Shown piece by piece: positions 40,011 to 51,413 of a stretch of DNA of 64,000 nucleotides. Every line of letters starts with the position of its first letter. Position 1 is the first letter of the stretch. This DNA comes from an uncultured Actinomycetota bacterium (GTDB lineage Bacteria; Actinomycetota; Actinomycetes; JAFAQI01). The position numbers were made by a program, and so were the translations under genes. The DNA is taken from contig CAWIFV010000013.1 in assembly GCA_963835405.1 (NCBI GenBank), positions 78,271 through 142,270 of the forward strand, given 5' to 3'. The notes beneath the pieces are model-generated. The model saw only the letters and a list, made by a program, of their open reading frames with translations. It did not search any database and was not told where the DNA came from.

Positions 40011-41164
40011 GCACCGCCCAGCCGGCCGACGTCTGGTCGACCCCGGAACGGCTCGCCCTGCGTCGGCTCGCCGCCGACTTCACCCGCAAGGAGATCGCGC
40101 CCCACGTCGCGGAGTGGGAGCGCGCAGGGGAACTGCCCCGTGAGCTGCATCGCAAGACAGCCGCCGCCGGCCTGCTGGGCGTCGCCTTCCCCGAGTCGGC
40201 GGGCGGCCAAGGTGGCGACGGCGTCGACGCGGCGATCGTCAGCGAGGAGCTGCTCTACAACGGCGCGTCGAGCGGCGTGCTGGCGTCGCTGTTCACGCAC
40301 GGCATCGCTCTCCCGCACATCGTCGCCTCGGGCAACGCCGACCTGATCGACCGCTACGCCCGGCCGACGCTCGCGGGCGAGAAGATCGGCTCGCTCGCCG
40401 TCACCGAGCCGGACGCCGGGAGCGACGTGTCCGCGGTGCGCACCCGGGCGGTCCGCGACGGCGACGACTACGTGGTGACCGGCGCGAAGACCTTCATCAC
40501 CTCGTCGACCCGGGCCGACTTCGTCACGACCGTCGTACGGACCGGCGACGACCCGCACCGCGGGTTGTCGTTGCTCGTGGTCGACACCGACCTGCCCGGC
40601 TTCTCGGTGGTCCGGCGGCTGGAGAAGATGGGCTGGCTCTGCAGCGACACCGGCGAGCTGTCCTACGCCGACGTGCGGGTGCCTGCCGCAAACCTGATCG
40701 GAGCGGAGGGGAGCGGCTTCGTGCAGGTCGCGCAGAACTTCGCGAGCGAGCGGCTGGGCCTCGCCACCCACGGCTACGGCATCGCCCAGCGCGCCCTCGA
40801 ACTGAGCGTCGACTGGGTCCGGCAGCGCACGGCGTTCGGCAAGCCGCTGATCGCGAAACAGGTCGTCCGGCACAAGCTGGTGGAGATGAAGCGGGCCGTG
40901 GAGGTCGCCCGCGTCTACGCCCACCACGTGATCGCCCGCAACGCTGCCGGCGAGCAGGTGTTCGCCGAGGCCGCGATGGCCAAGAACGAGGCGGTGGCGG
41001 CCTGCGAGTTCGTGGTCTACGAGGCCGTCCAGCTGCACGGCGGGGCGGGCTACATGCGCGACAGCGAGGTGGAGCGGCACTACCGGGACGCGCGGATCCT
41101 CGGCATCGGAGGCGGCGCCACCGAGGTGATGAACGACCTCATCGCCAAGGCCCTCGGCTGGTAA
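40007..41164 (+). CDS. Acyl-CoA dehydrogenase (AtuD / citronellyl-CoA dehydrogenase-like)
   Basis: GTG overlaps the AtuA stop. ...GSLAVTEPDAGSDVSAVRTRAVRDGDDYVVTGAKTFITS...QLHGGAGYMRDSEVERHYRDARILGIGGG. Confidence 0.85.
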   Translation: MSTAQPADVWSTPERLALRRLAADFTRKEIAPHVAEWERAGELPRELHRKTAAAGLLGVAFPESAGGQGGDGVDAAIVSEELLYNGASSGVLASLFTHGIALPHIVASGNADLIDRYARPTLAGEKIGSLAVTEPDAGSDVSAVRTRAVRDGDDYVVTGAKTFITSSTRADFVTTVVRTGDDPHRGLSLLVVDTDLPGFSVVRRLEKMGWLCSDTGELSYADVRVPAANLIGAEGSGFVQVAQNFASERLGLATHGYGIAQRALELSVDWVRQRTAFGKPLIAKQVVRHKLVEMKRAVEVARVYAHHVIARNAAGEQVFAEAAMAKNEAVAACEFVVYEAVQLHGGAGYMRDSEVERHYRDARILGIGGGATEVMNDLIAKALGW

Positions 41165-41328
41165 CTGGGACTCAAGGCCGGAGCCGGTCCGGCCGAGAAA
41201 CACTGCGAGGCCGACACCGGCGGGCAAACGCCGGGGCCGACCTCGCAACGAATGGGTGCGGCGGCTCGATCAGTGGCTGCGACCGACGCACCAGGCTGCT
41301 AGCTCCACGTGGCTCCGTAGCACATGCG

Positions 41329-41362
41329 AGGTCACCTCCCCCGGCTCGGTGGGAGGTGACCT
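41329..41362 (+). terminator. 12-bp-stem GC hairpin downstream of the acyl-CoA dehydrogenase
   Basis: aggtcacctccc-ccggctcggt-gggaggtgacct. No U-tract. The GC-only hairpin style is common in high-GC actinobacteria. Confidence 0.35.
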
Positions 41363-41582
41363 TTCACCTCCCTGCCGCGCACCGTAGGGAGCAAGCAGCC
41401 GGACATGGGCGGCATTACGCCGAATGGGTCAGCGATTCCCCCCTTCTGCCCATCCGTGACCGCCAGGTCGTAGTCCGATCTTCTCCCCCGGCATCACCTG
41501 CACGGGGGATTGTCCGCGGCCGAACGGACAGTCCGACCGGCGATCCGGGACAGAGCCGGCCGCTGCCGCCAGAATCAGCCGC

Positions 41583-42831
41583 GTGTCGAGCCTGTCCGAG
41601 CCGTTCGCCGTCGCCGCCTTCCGGGGCATGTGGCTCGCCCGCGCGCTGTCCCTGGTCGGGGACCAGCTGGCGCGCGTCGCGCTCGCGGTGCTCGTCTTCG
41701 ACCGCACCGGCTCGGCCGGCTGGACCGGCGTCGTCTACGCCCTCACCTACCTGCCCTACCTCGCCGGTCCACTCTTCGCCGGGATCGCGGACCGGCGCTC
41801 GCGCCGCGCGGTCATGATCTCCCTGGACCTGGCCCGCGCCGCGCTCGTCGGCCTCATGGCGTTGGGCGGGATGCCGCTCGTCGCCATGTGCGCGCTGCTC
41901 GTGCTGGCCACCGCCCTGTCCCCCGTCTACGACGCGGCCCGCTCGGCCACGTTGCCCAACCTGCTCTCGGCGGAGCTCTACCCGACCGGGCTCGCGGTGT
42001 TCTCGATCACCACCGAGGCGGCACAGGTCGTCGGCTTCGCCTGCGGCGGCTTCCTCGTCGCCGGCGTCGGCGCCCGGCCGGCGCTCGCGCTGGACGCGCT
42101 CACCTACCTCGTCGCCGGGCTGGCCATCGCGATGACCGTGCCGGCCCGCCCCGCACCGGCGCGATCGCTGCGGGAGAGCGGCCGGGCGGCGCTCCGCTCG
42201 GCCGCCCGGCTCACGTTCGGCTCGCCCTGGATGCGCTCCCTGGTGTCGCTGGCCTGGATCAACGCGCTGTGGATGGTGCCCGAGGGCCTGGCGGCCCCTT
42301 ATGCCGCCCGGCTGGGCGCCGGCCCGGTCGCGGTCGGGGCGCTGCTCGCCGCCATCCCCGCCGGCGGCGTCATCGGCGCCGCGCTGCTCACCCGGCTGTT
42401 CTCGCACGAGCGGCGGCTCCGCCTCATGCCGGGGCTCGCGCTGCTCGCGTCGGTCCCGCTGATCGGCTGCCTGGCCCACCCCGGCCTCGGCGTGACCCTC
42501 GCACTGTGGGTGACTGTGCGGGATCGGCACCTCCTACAACGTGCCGGCCAACGCCGGGTTCGTGCAGGGCCTCCCCGACCTTCGCCGGGCGCAGGCGATC
42601 GCGCTCGTGACCACCGGCATCGTCATCGGCCAGGGTCTTGCCGTCCTCGCTGCCGGCGTCCTCGCCGGCGTGTTCGGGCCGGCGGCGGTCGTCGGCGCCA
42701 CGGGAGCGGTCGGTGTCGTCGTCGTCGGAGCCCTCGCGCTGACCTGGCTGCGGCCGCCCACGGTCGTGGACGTGCGCGCGGACACGGTCACGGTGCCGGA
42801 GGTCGCGGCCGGGTCGGTCGCGACGAGCTGA
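41583..42831 (+). CDS. MFS transporter; 1-bp frameshift near 42510-42545
   Basis: ORF 41583.. carries 10 or more TM segments (...GLGVTLALWV). The C-terminus (...NVPANAGFVQGLPDLRRAQAIALVTTGIVIGQGLAVLAAG) is in ORF 42541..42831. The span is 1249 nt. Confidence 0.7.
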
Positions 42832-42834
42832 CCG

Positions 42835-43515
42835 TCAGGCGTCGCTGCCGCTGTCGCCACTGGAGTCACCGCTGGTGTCGGTGACGGTGTCCTCGGAGTC
42901 GTCCTGCACGTCGTCGTCGCCGTCGTCGCTGACGTCGTCCGCGCCGTCACCGCCGTCCTCGACGTCGGCGCCCGCGCCGCCGTCGAGGGAATCCTCGCCC
43001 TCGTCGCCGTCGAGGGAGTCCTCGCCGTCGTCGCCCTGCAGGTCGTCGCTGCCGTGACCGCCGGACATCTGGTCGTCGCCGGCGCCGCCGCTCATGGTGT
43101 CGTCCCCACCGCCGCCGAACATGTCGTCGTTGTTGGCCCCGCCGTCCATGGTGTCGTCGCCGGCCCCGCCGTGCTCCACGTCGGCGCCACGACCGCCGTG
43201 GATGTCGTCGCTGCCGTCGCCGCCGAAGACGTGGTCGCTACCGGCGCCGCCGAAGACGACATCGTGCCCGCCTGAGCCGCAGATCAGGTCGTTGCCGCCG
43301 CGCGCACGGACCACGTGGCCGGCGGCCCGGATCTCGATGACGTCCCGGTGGGAGGTGCCGTGAACCACGGCCGGCGCATGTGCGCCGACCACCATCGTCG
43401 CCGCCTTGCCGTGGCAGGTGGGCGAACCGCTCGCAGCGCCGGCGGGCAAGGGGTTGTAGGCGAACAGGCTGATGGGCGCGGCCAGCGCGAGCGTGAGGAA
43501 GCGGGAACGTCGCAT
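42835..43515 (-). CDS. Secreted Ca2+-binding repeat protein (RTX / hemolysin-type GGxGxD beta-roll-like repeats) with a poly-Asp/Gly/Ser C-terminal tail
   Basis: Internal start MRRSRFLTLALAAPISLFAYNPLPAGAASG is a signal peptide. Repeats GGNDLICGSGGHDVVFGGAGSDHVFGGDGSDDIHGGRGADVEHGGAGDDTMDGGANNDDMFGGGGDDTMSGGAGDDQMSGGHGSDDLQGDDGED. Confidence 0.6.
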   Translation of the reverse strand: MRRSRFLTLALAAPISLFAYNPLPAGAASGSPTCHGKAATMVVGAHAPAVVHGTSHRDVIEIRAAGHVVRARGGNDLICGSGGHDVVFGGAGSDHVFGGDGSDDIHGGRGADVEHGGAGDDTMDGGANNDDMFGGGGDDTMSGGAGDDQMSGGHGSDDLQGDDGEDSLDGDEGEDSLDGGAGADVEDGGDGADDVSDDGDDDVQDDSEDTVTDTSGDSSGDSGSDA

Positions 43516-43585
43516 GGGGACACCTCCGGGTCGGGCATCGACTGTCGACGTCTGATGGCCGGCCGGTGACGCGTCGTTACAGCGA

Positions 43586-44578
43586 TCAGTCGCCGCGGCG
43601 TACGACGTAGTCGCAGAGCGACTCCAACGCGGCCCGGGCCGGGACGTCCGGGAGCGGCTCGAGCATCCCGCGGGCGTCGGCGGCCCAGGTCTGCACGACC
43701 CCGCGGGCCTCCTCCATGACGGGGTGTCGACGAAGGGCGGCGACCGCGTCGGCGAGTACACCGTCGTCCTCAGGTCACCCCCGAGCACTCGGAGGAGCTC
43801 CTCGTCGGACTTGCGTCGCGGCCCGCCGCAGGAGCAGCACCGGCAGGGTCGGGACGCCCTCGCGCAGGTCGGTGCCCGGCGTCTTTCCGGACGCTCCGGA
43901 CTCCGCGGTCGACGTCGAGCAGGTCGTCGGACAGCTGGAACGCGACGCCGATCCGCTCGCCGAACCGGGTGAGCACCTCGGTCGCCGACTCGTCGGCGCC
44001 GGACAGCATCGCGCCGAACCGGCCGGACGTGCCGATCAGCGACCCCGTCTTGTCGGCGACCACCTGCAGGTAGTGCTCCGACCGGGTCGTCGCCGTCCGC
44101 GGGCCCGACGGTCTCGCGGATCTGCCCCTGCACCAGCCGCTCGAAGGTGCGGGCCTGGATGCGGACCGCCTCGGGGCCGAGGTCGGCGAGGATGTCCGAG
44201 GCCCGGGCGAACAGGAAGTCGCCGGTGAGGATCGCGACGGTGTTGCCCCACCGCGCGTTCGCGCGAGGCCGCCCCGCGGCGCAGCGACGCCTCGTCCATG
44301 ACGTCGTCGTGGTAGAGCGTCGCGAGGTGGGTGAGCTCGACGACGACGGCGGCCGGGACCACGCCCGGGCGCCGAGGGTCGCCGAACTGCGCGGCCAGCA
44401 GCACGAGCAGCGGCCGGAACCGCTTGCCGCCGGCGTCCACGAGGTGCTGCGAGGTCTCGGTGACGAACGGGTAGTCGCTCTTCACCGAGTCGCGCAGCAG
44501 CGCCTCGACCGCGTCCAGGCCGGCCCGGATCGCCGCCTCCAGCGCCGGGATCGGCGAAGTCGAGCTCGCGGCGCGTCG
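43586..44578 (-). CDS. trans-Polyprenyl diphosphate synthase (GrcC1/HepT-like, menaquinone side chain); multiple frameshifts
   Basis: Fragments lie across three frames: ...VKSDYPFVTETSQHLVDAGGKRFRPLLVLLAAQFGDP...LTHLATLYHDDVMD (first DDxxD), ...RIGVAFQLSDDLLDV (second DDxxD), C-terminus ...CDYVVRRGD. Boundaries are approximate. Confidence 0.5.
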
Positions 44579-44579
44579 C

Positions 44580-46130
44580 CGGCGTCCTCATCGCACGAAC
44601 GGTACGGCGCGCGTCGGCCAGGTCGAGGACCGGCTGCGGGAACATGCCCAGCACCACGGTGACCGCGACCGCGAGGGCGAGCGCGGCGGCGGAGGCGAGC
44701 CGGGAGCAACGACGACCGGCCCGTCCGACCGACCGGCTCGTGGAAGAACATCATGCACGATGACGCGGACGTAGAAGAAGGCGGCCATCGCGCTCGAGCA
44801 TCGCGCCGACGATGACCAGCGGGGTGGCCCCGCCGCTGATACGCGGCCGAGAAGACGGCGAACTTGCCGGTGAACCCGCTGGTGAGCGGGATGCCGGCGA
44901 GCGCGAGCAGGAACAGCGCGAAGACGCCGGCGATGAGCGGGGAGCGCCGGCCGAGACCCGCCCACCGGGACAGGTGCGTGGCCTCGCCGTCGGGGTCGCG
45001 CACCAGGGTCAGGATGGCGAACGCGCCGACCGTCGTCAAGCCGTAGGCGAGCAGGTAGAACAGCGAGCCCGGACAGGCCGGCCGGTTCAGCGCGATGACC
45101 CCGACGAGGATGAAGCCGGCGTGCGCGACCGAGGAGTAGGCGAGCATCCGCTTGACGTCGGTCTGGGTGACCGCGAACAGCGAGCCGACCGACCATCGTG
45201 AGGATGGCGACGGCCCAGACGACCGGCCGCCAGTCCCAGCCCAGGCCGCCGAACGCGACGTAGAACACCCGCAGCAGCGCGCCGAAGGCGGCGACCTTGG
45301 TCGCCGCCGCCATGAGCGCGGTGATCGGCGTCGGCGCGCCCTGGTAGACGTCGGGGGTCCAGCAGTGGAACGGCGCGGCGCCGACCTTGAACAGCAGCCC
45401 GACCGCCGAGCAGCGCCAGGCCGAGGAAGAGCAGCGTGTCGCCGTGGGTGCCGGTGACCGCGGCGTCGTGGATGCCGCCGAGCGACACCGTGCCGGCGTA
45501 GCCGTAGAGCAGGGCCAGGCCGTAGAGGAAGAAGGCCGAGGAGAACGCGCCGAGCAGGAAGTACTTGACCGCCGCCTCCTGCGACAGCAGCCGGCGGCGC
45601 CGGGCCAGGCCGCACAGCAGGTAGAGCGGCAGCGACAGCACCTCGAGCGCCACGAACATGAGCAGCAGGTCGTTCGCCGCGGGGAAGAGCAGCATGCCCG
45701 CGACGGCGAACATCACCAGCGGGAAGACCTCGCTCTGGGCGCGGCCGGCGGCCGACATCTGCCCGCTCCGTCCGGCGAGCCCGGGCACCGCGGATGCCTG
45801 GGCGGCGAACGCGCCGCCGCCCCCTCCGGGCGACCGGTCCGCGACGAGCAGCACGCTGGCGACCGCGATGACCGCGATCGTGCCCTGGAGGAACAGCGTC
45901 GGGCCGTCGACGGCGATCGCGCCGCCGCCGTGACTGCTCGGTGCCGGCGAGGACGCAGACCGCGACGAGCGCGCCGACGAGGCCGGCCAGGCGAGAGGCC
46001 GAGCTGCGTCGGTCCACCGGCACCCGCGGGGCGCGAACGCCTCGACGAGGACGCCCACGAGCGCCGCGACGCACGACGATCAGCATCGGCAGCGAGCGCC
46101 GAGTAGGAGATCGAGGGCGCGGTGAAGTCG
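44580..46130 (-). CDS. nuoN: NADH-quinone oxidoreductase subunit N (main nuo operon); heavily frameshifted, boundaries approximate
   Basis: NuoN segments are scattered over all three minus frames (GVLVEAFAPRG..., ...FVALEVLSLPLYLLCGL..., MAAATKVAAFGALLRVFYVAFGGLGWDWRPVVWAVAILTMVG, ...IAGVFALFLLALAGIPLTSGFTGKFAVFSAAY, ...GMFPQPVLDLADA). At least 5 frame changes. Confidence 0.5.
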
Positions 46131-47729
46131 GCCGCGACGAGGGCGCCCGGCTCACCGGTGTCGTTCCCTCCGATGCGAGCCCTCGGCGATCGGACGGCCG
46201 CTTCGGGTCGCCGGACGGTCGGACGTCGGTGAAGCTGCTGCTTGCACCGCCGGGTTGATGACGTCGAGCAGCGGCTTCGGGTAGACGCCGAGCACGACGA
46301 TCACCGCCATCACCGGCGCGATCGACCCAGGCCTCGCGCACGGTCAGGTCACGCCATGCCCTCGACGCCCGTCGCGCAGCGGGCCGTGGATCGTGCGCTG
46401 GAACATGAGCAGCACGTAGACCGCGGCGAGGACGATGCCGAACGTCGCCACGACGGCGAACCAGCGGTGGAGGGTGAACGTGCCCGACCAGCACGAGGAA
46501 CTCGCTGACGAACGTGGACAGGCCGGGCAGCGACAGCGCGGACAGGCCGGCCAGCGAGGAACATCGCCGGCCAGCCACGGCGCGACCTTGGCTGACACCC
46601 GCCGAAGTCGTCGATGAGCCGGGAGCCGCGCCGGGTGGCGAGGAAGCCGACGAGCAGGAACAGCGCGCCGGTGGAGAAGCCGTGGTTGACCATGTAGAGC
46701 GTCGCGCCGGAACCGCCCTGGCTGGTGAAGGCGAAGACCCCGAGCGTGATGAAGCCGAAGTGCGAGACCGACGTGTAGGCGACCAGCCGCTTCAGGTCAC
46801 GCTGCCCGATCGCCAGCAGCGCGCCGTAGATGATCCCGACGACCGCTAGCGCCAGGACGTACGGCGCGAACGTCCGTGGACGCGTCCGGGAACAGCGGGA
46901 GGCAGAACCGCAGGAAGCCGAACGTGCCGACCTTGTCGAGCACGCCGACGAGCAGCACCGCCACCCCGGTCGGCGCCTCGGCCGCCGCGTCCGGCAGCCA
47001 GGTGTGGAACGGCCACAGCGGCGCCTTGATGGCGAAGGCGATGAAGAAGCCGAGGAACAGCGCGATCTGCTGCGTTGTGGGACATGTGCAGCTGCGTGGT
47101 CAGCGCCGTGTAGTCGAAGGTCGCGTGGCCCACCTGCTGGAGGCGACGACCGACGAGGCGCGATGACCGCGGCGAGCATGAGCAGGCCGCCGGCGAGGCT
47201 GTAGAGCAGGAACTTCATGGCGGCGTACGAGCGCCGCGGGCCCGCCGTAGGAACCGATCAGGAAGTAGATCGGGATGAGCATGGCCTCGAAGAGCACGTA
47301 GAACAGGAACACGTCGGTGGCCGCGAACACGCCGATCACGATCGTCTCGGTCGACGAGCATCAGCGCGAAGAACGTCTTCGCGCGCTGCGCGTCGTGCCG
47401 CCGTCCGCGTCGTGCCACGAGGCGAGGACGATGATCGGCATCAGCACGGCGGTCATGAGGATCAGGGCGAGCGCGATGCCGTCGACACCCACGCGCGTAG
47501 TTGGCGCCGAACTGCTTGATCCACGTCGTGGTCTGGGCGAACTGGAAGCGCGCGCCGCCGGACGTGGAAGACGCCGCCATGCGATGGCCCGGCGAGCACG
47601 AGCAGCGCGTGCCAGCGCGATCTGCTTGGCCAGGTCGCGGCCGCGGGCACGGACCAGAGGCGGCATGCCGACGAGCGGGATGGCGCCGAGGACGGTCGGC
47701 CAGGGAAGCGGTCGGGTCATCGCCGTCAC
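46130..47729 (-). CDS. nuoM: NADH-quinone oxidoreductase subunit M (main operon); heavily frameshifted, boundaries approximate
   Basis: N-terminus [19 protein letters not shown]...[11 protein letters not shown] (ORF 47361..47729). Middle [20 protein letters not shown] (ORF 46349..47218). Other pieces lie in other frames. Confidence 0.5.
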
Positions 47730-49670
47730 CCGACCCGCACGAGCAGCAGCGCGGCGACCAGGGCGACGGCGCCTACCAGCATCGACAGCGCGTAGGAGCG
47801 GACGAACCCGGTCTGCTCCGCCGGGCCCGCGCGGACGACCCGCCGACGAGCGCGGCGAGCCCGTTGACGCCGCCGTCGACGCCGCGGCCGTCGAAGAAGA
47901 CCAGCGCGCGGGTGAGGTACTGGCCGGGCCGCATGAACACCGACTCGTTCACCGCGTCGCCGTAGAGGTCGGCCGGGCGGCGACGGTCAGCGGGGTGACG
48001 TCGAGCGGCGCTCGACCGGCACCGGCCGCGGCCGTACAGCCACGCGGCCGCGACGACGCCGCCGACCAGCACGAGCAGCGTGATCAGCGCCGAGCACGAG
48101 CGGGGAGATGGTGTGCACGCCGGCCTCCTCGGACGGCCCGACGGCCGGCGCGAGGAAGTGCTGCAGCGCGCCGCCCAGCACGAGCAGGCCGCCCGCGACG
48201 GCCGAGCCGATCGCCAGCACGATCATCGGCGCGGTCATGACCGACGGGCACTCGTGCGGGGTGCGCGTCCTTCGGCCCAGCGGCGGTTGCCGAAGAACGT
48301 CATGAGCATCAGCCGGGTCATGTAGAAGGCGGTGATGCCGGCGCCGACGAGCGCGACGGCCCGAGCACGTAGCCGGACGTGCCGCCCTTGTCGAACGCCG
48401 CCTCGATGATCTTGTCCTTGCGACAGAAGCCGGCGAACCCGGGGAAGCCGATGATCGCGAGGTAGCCGGCGGCGAACGTCAGGAAGGTCCACGGCATGAC
48501 GGTGCGCAGGCCGCCGTACCGGCGCATGTCGACCTCGTCGTTCATGGCGTGCATCACCGATCCGGCGCCGAGGAACATGTTGGCCTTGAAGAAGCCGTGG
48601 GTGAGCAGGTGCAGGATGCCGATCGCGTAGGCGCCCGGGCCGAGCCCGACCGCGAGCATCATGTAGCCGATCTGGCTCATCGTGGAGGCGGCGAGCACCT
48701 TCTTGATGTCGTCGTACGCGCAGCCGATGATCGCGCCCATGAGCAGCGTGACGGCGCCGACGACCTCACCGCAGTCCGGGCGTCGACCGCGACGTCGAAG
48801 ATCGGGTGCGACCGGGCGATCAGGTAGACGCCGGCGGTCACCATCGTCGCGGCGTGGATGAGCGCCGACACCGGAGTCGGGCCCTCCATCGCGTCGAGGA
48901 GCCAGGACTGCAGCGGGACCTGGGCCGACTTGCCGCACGCGCCGAGCAGCAGCAGCAGCCCGATCGCGGTCATGGTGCCGGTGTGCGCCCCGCTCGAGCC
49001 GCGCCGTGAAGACGCCGGCGAACGACACCGTGCCGAACGTGGCGAACATCAGCATGATGCCGAGCGAGAGACCGAGGTCGCCGACGCGGTTGACGAGGAA
49101 CGCCTTCTTCGCGGCGGTCGCGGCCGAGGGCTTGTAGGCCAGAAGCCGATCAGCAGGTACGACGCCAGGCCGACGCCTTCCCAGCCGACGTACAGCGAGC
49201 AGGTAGTTGTCGCGCGAGCACGAGCAGCAGCATCGCCGCGACGAACAGGTTGAGCTTGCCGAAGAAGCGGCGGCGGTCCGGGTCGTGCTCCATGTAGCCG
49301 ATCGAGTAGACGTGGATCAGCGAGCCGACGCCGGTGATCAGCAGCACGAAGACCATGGACAGCGGGTCGATCAGCAGGCTGGCGTCGACGTGGAAGCCCG
49401 ACACCGGCATCCAGGAGAACAGGTGCTGGTCGAGTGACGGCGCTGCGCGCCGGCGCGGCCGGGCATCGCGAGGAACTCGGCGACGCCGATGACGAACGCG
49501 AGCAGCGGAGGCAGGCGCCGAGCAGGTGGCCCCAGGCGTTGGTCCGCCGGCCGCCGAGGAGCAGCACCGCGGCGCTGGCAGCCGGGAGCGCGACGAGCAG
49601 CCAGCTCAGGTGGAAAACACCGGTGACCGGGGCGTACGACCGGCGAAGCCTCGGCGAGAGCGGAGATCAT
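47725..49670 (-). CDS. nuoL: NADH-quinone oxidoreductase subunit L (main operon); heavily frameshifted, boundaries approximate
   Basis: N-terminus [11 protein letters not shown] (ORF 49371..49670). Then ...[16 protein letters not shown]...[19 protein letters not shown] (ORF 49049..49567). Then ...[36 protein letters not shown] (ORF 48677..48973). Others follow. Confidence 0.5.
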
Positions 49671-49678
49671 CCAGGTCC

Positions 49679-49978
49679 TCAGTACTTGAGCAGGTTGGCG
49701 TCGTCGACCGAGGCCGACCGGCGGGTGCGGAAGATGGTGATGATGATCGCCAGCCCGATGACCACCTCGGCCGCGGCGACCACCATGACGAAGAACGCGA
49801 TGATCTGGCCGTCGAGGTCACCGTTGATCCGGCTGAACGTGACGAGCGTCAGGTTGACCGCGTTGAGCATGAGCTCGACGCACATGAAGACGACGATGGC
49901 GTTGCGGCGGACGAGCACGCCGACGGCGCCGATCGTGAACAGCATCGCGGACAGGTACAGGTAGTAGTTGGCGCTCAC
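49679..49978 (-). CDS. nuoK: NADH-quinone oxidoreductase subunit K (main operon), intact
   Basis: ORF track, 99 aa. ...[28 protein letters not shown]... Confidence 0.85.
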   Translation of the reverse strand: MSANYYLYLSAMLFTIGAVGVLVRRNAIVVFMCVELMLNAVNLTLVTFSRINGDLDGQIIAFFVMVVAAAEVVIGLAIIITIFRTRRSASVDDANLLKY

Positions 49979-50804
49979 TCCGAGCCCCCAGGGGTGTGGG
50001 GCAGCGCGCGGGCCACGTCAGGGGGACGGCGCTCCAGCTCCTCCTCGGTGACCGGTAGGTGCGGCCGCGCGGCCGACACCTGCAGGTGCTCCGGGACGCT
50101 GCCGGGCGCGAGGCCACCGTCGGGCAGCAGCGCGGGGGTGTCGACGGCGTCGTGGTCGGCGTAGACGCCGGGGCCGGGCAGCGGTGCGACTCCGGCCCCG
50201 CCGCGAGCGACCCGCTCGTGCATGCGCTCCCGCTGCGTCGGCCGGGGTTGACCCGCTCGCGGTGGGCGAGCACCATCGCCCCCAACCCCGCAGTGATGAG
50301 CAGGGCGCTGGTCGCCTCGAAGGCGAAGACATAGCGGCTGAACAGCAGCTCGGCGATCGCGACGACGTTGCCCTTGCCGTCCTCGGCGGCGGCCACGCCC
50401 TTCGGATGGAAGCTGCCGAGCGTCCCGGCGAGAGCGACGACGAGCAGCAGGGCGAAGCCGAGCCCGAGCACGACCGCGGCGACGCGCTGGCCGCGCAGCG
50501 TCTCGACCAGCGAGTCGGTGGAGTCGACGCCCACCAGCATGAGCACGAACAGGAACAGCATCAGGACGGCGCCGGTGTAGACGACGACCTGGACGACCGC
50601 GAGGAACGGCGCCTCCTCCGCGGTGTAGAACACCGCGAGGGACAGCATCACGACCGCGAGCAGCACGGCGGCGTGCACCGCGCTGCGGACGAGGACCATG
50701 CCGAGCGCCGCGGCGACGGCGACGGGCGCCAGGATCCAGAAGACCGCGGCCTCGTGGGTCGTCGCCTCGCCCGCCGCGAGGACGGCACCGTGGAGCGCGC
50801 TCAT
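49975..50804 (-). CDS. nuoJ: NADH-quinone oxidoreductase subunit J (main operon); 1 frameshift near 50260-50290
   Basis: ORF 49818..50804 carries N-terminal [39 protein letters not shown]... up to ...[11 protein letters not shown]. The C-terminus continues in the frame of ORF 49975... The span is 830 nt. Confidence 0.65.
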
Positions 50805-50809
50805 GCGGT

Positions 50810-51413
50810 CCCTTCGGGCAGCTCGGCCTCGGTGGCACCAGCCGACCCTCCTGCCCGGGGTCGCCGGGCACCGGGGTCACCCGACCACCGAGGTAGTAGT
50901 CCTTCTCGTCGTCGCCGAGCCGCATCGGGTGCGGCGGTGCCTCCATGCCCGGCAGCAGCGGGCGAGCAGCTGCTCCTTGGTGTAGATGAGGTCCTCGCGG
51001 CTGTCGTCGGCGAGCTCGTACTCGTTGCTCATCGTCAGGGCGCGCGTCGGGCAGGCCTCGATGCACAGCCCGCAGAAGATGCAGCGCAGGTAGTTGATCT
51101 GGTAGATGCGGCCGTACCGCTCCCCGGGCGAGTACCGCTCCTCCTCGGTGTTGTCGGCGCCCTCGACGTAGATCGCGTCGGCCGGGCAGGCCCAGGCGCA
51201 CAGCTCACAGCCGATGCACTTCTCCAGCCCGTCGGGGTGGCGGTTGAGCACGTGCCGGCCGTGGTAGCGCGGCGCGGTGGGCTGCTTCTCCTCCGGGTAC
51301 TGCTCCGTCACCGGCTTCTTGAACATCGTGGTGAACGTCACCCCGAAGCCGGCGATCGGGGCGAGCAAGTCGTGCAGCGCCCCGCGGGGCTTCGGCTCGC
51401 GTGGCTCAGTCAT
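50810..51413 (-). CDS. nuoI: NADH-quinone oxidoreductase subunit I (main operon); frameshift near the 3' end
   Basis: ORF 50877..51413 has two 4Fe-4S motifs ([24 protein letters not shown]). The conserved C-terminus ...[14 protein letters not shown] is in another frame. Confidence 0.65.
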
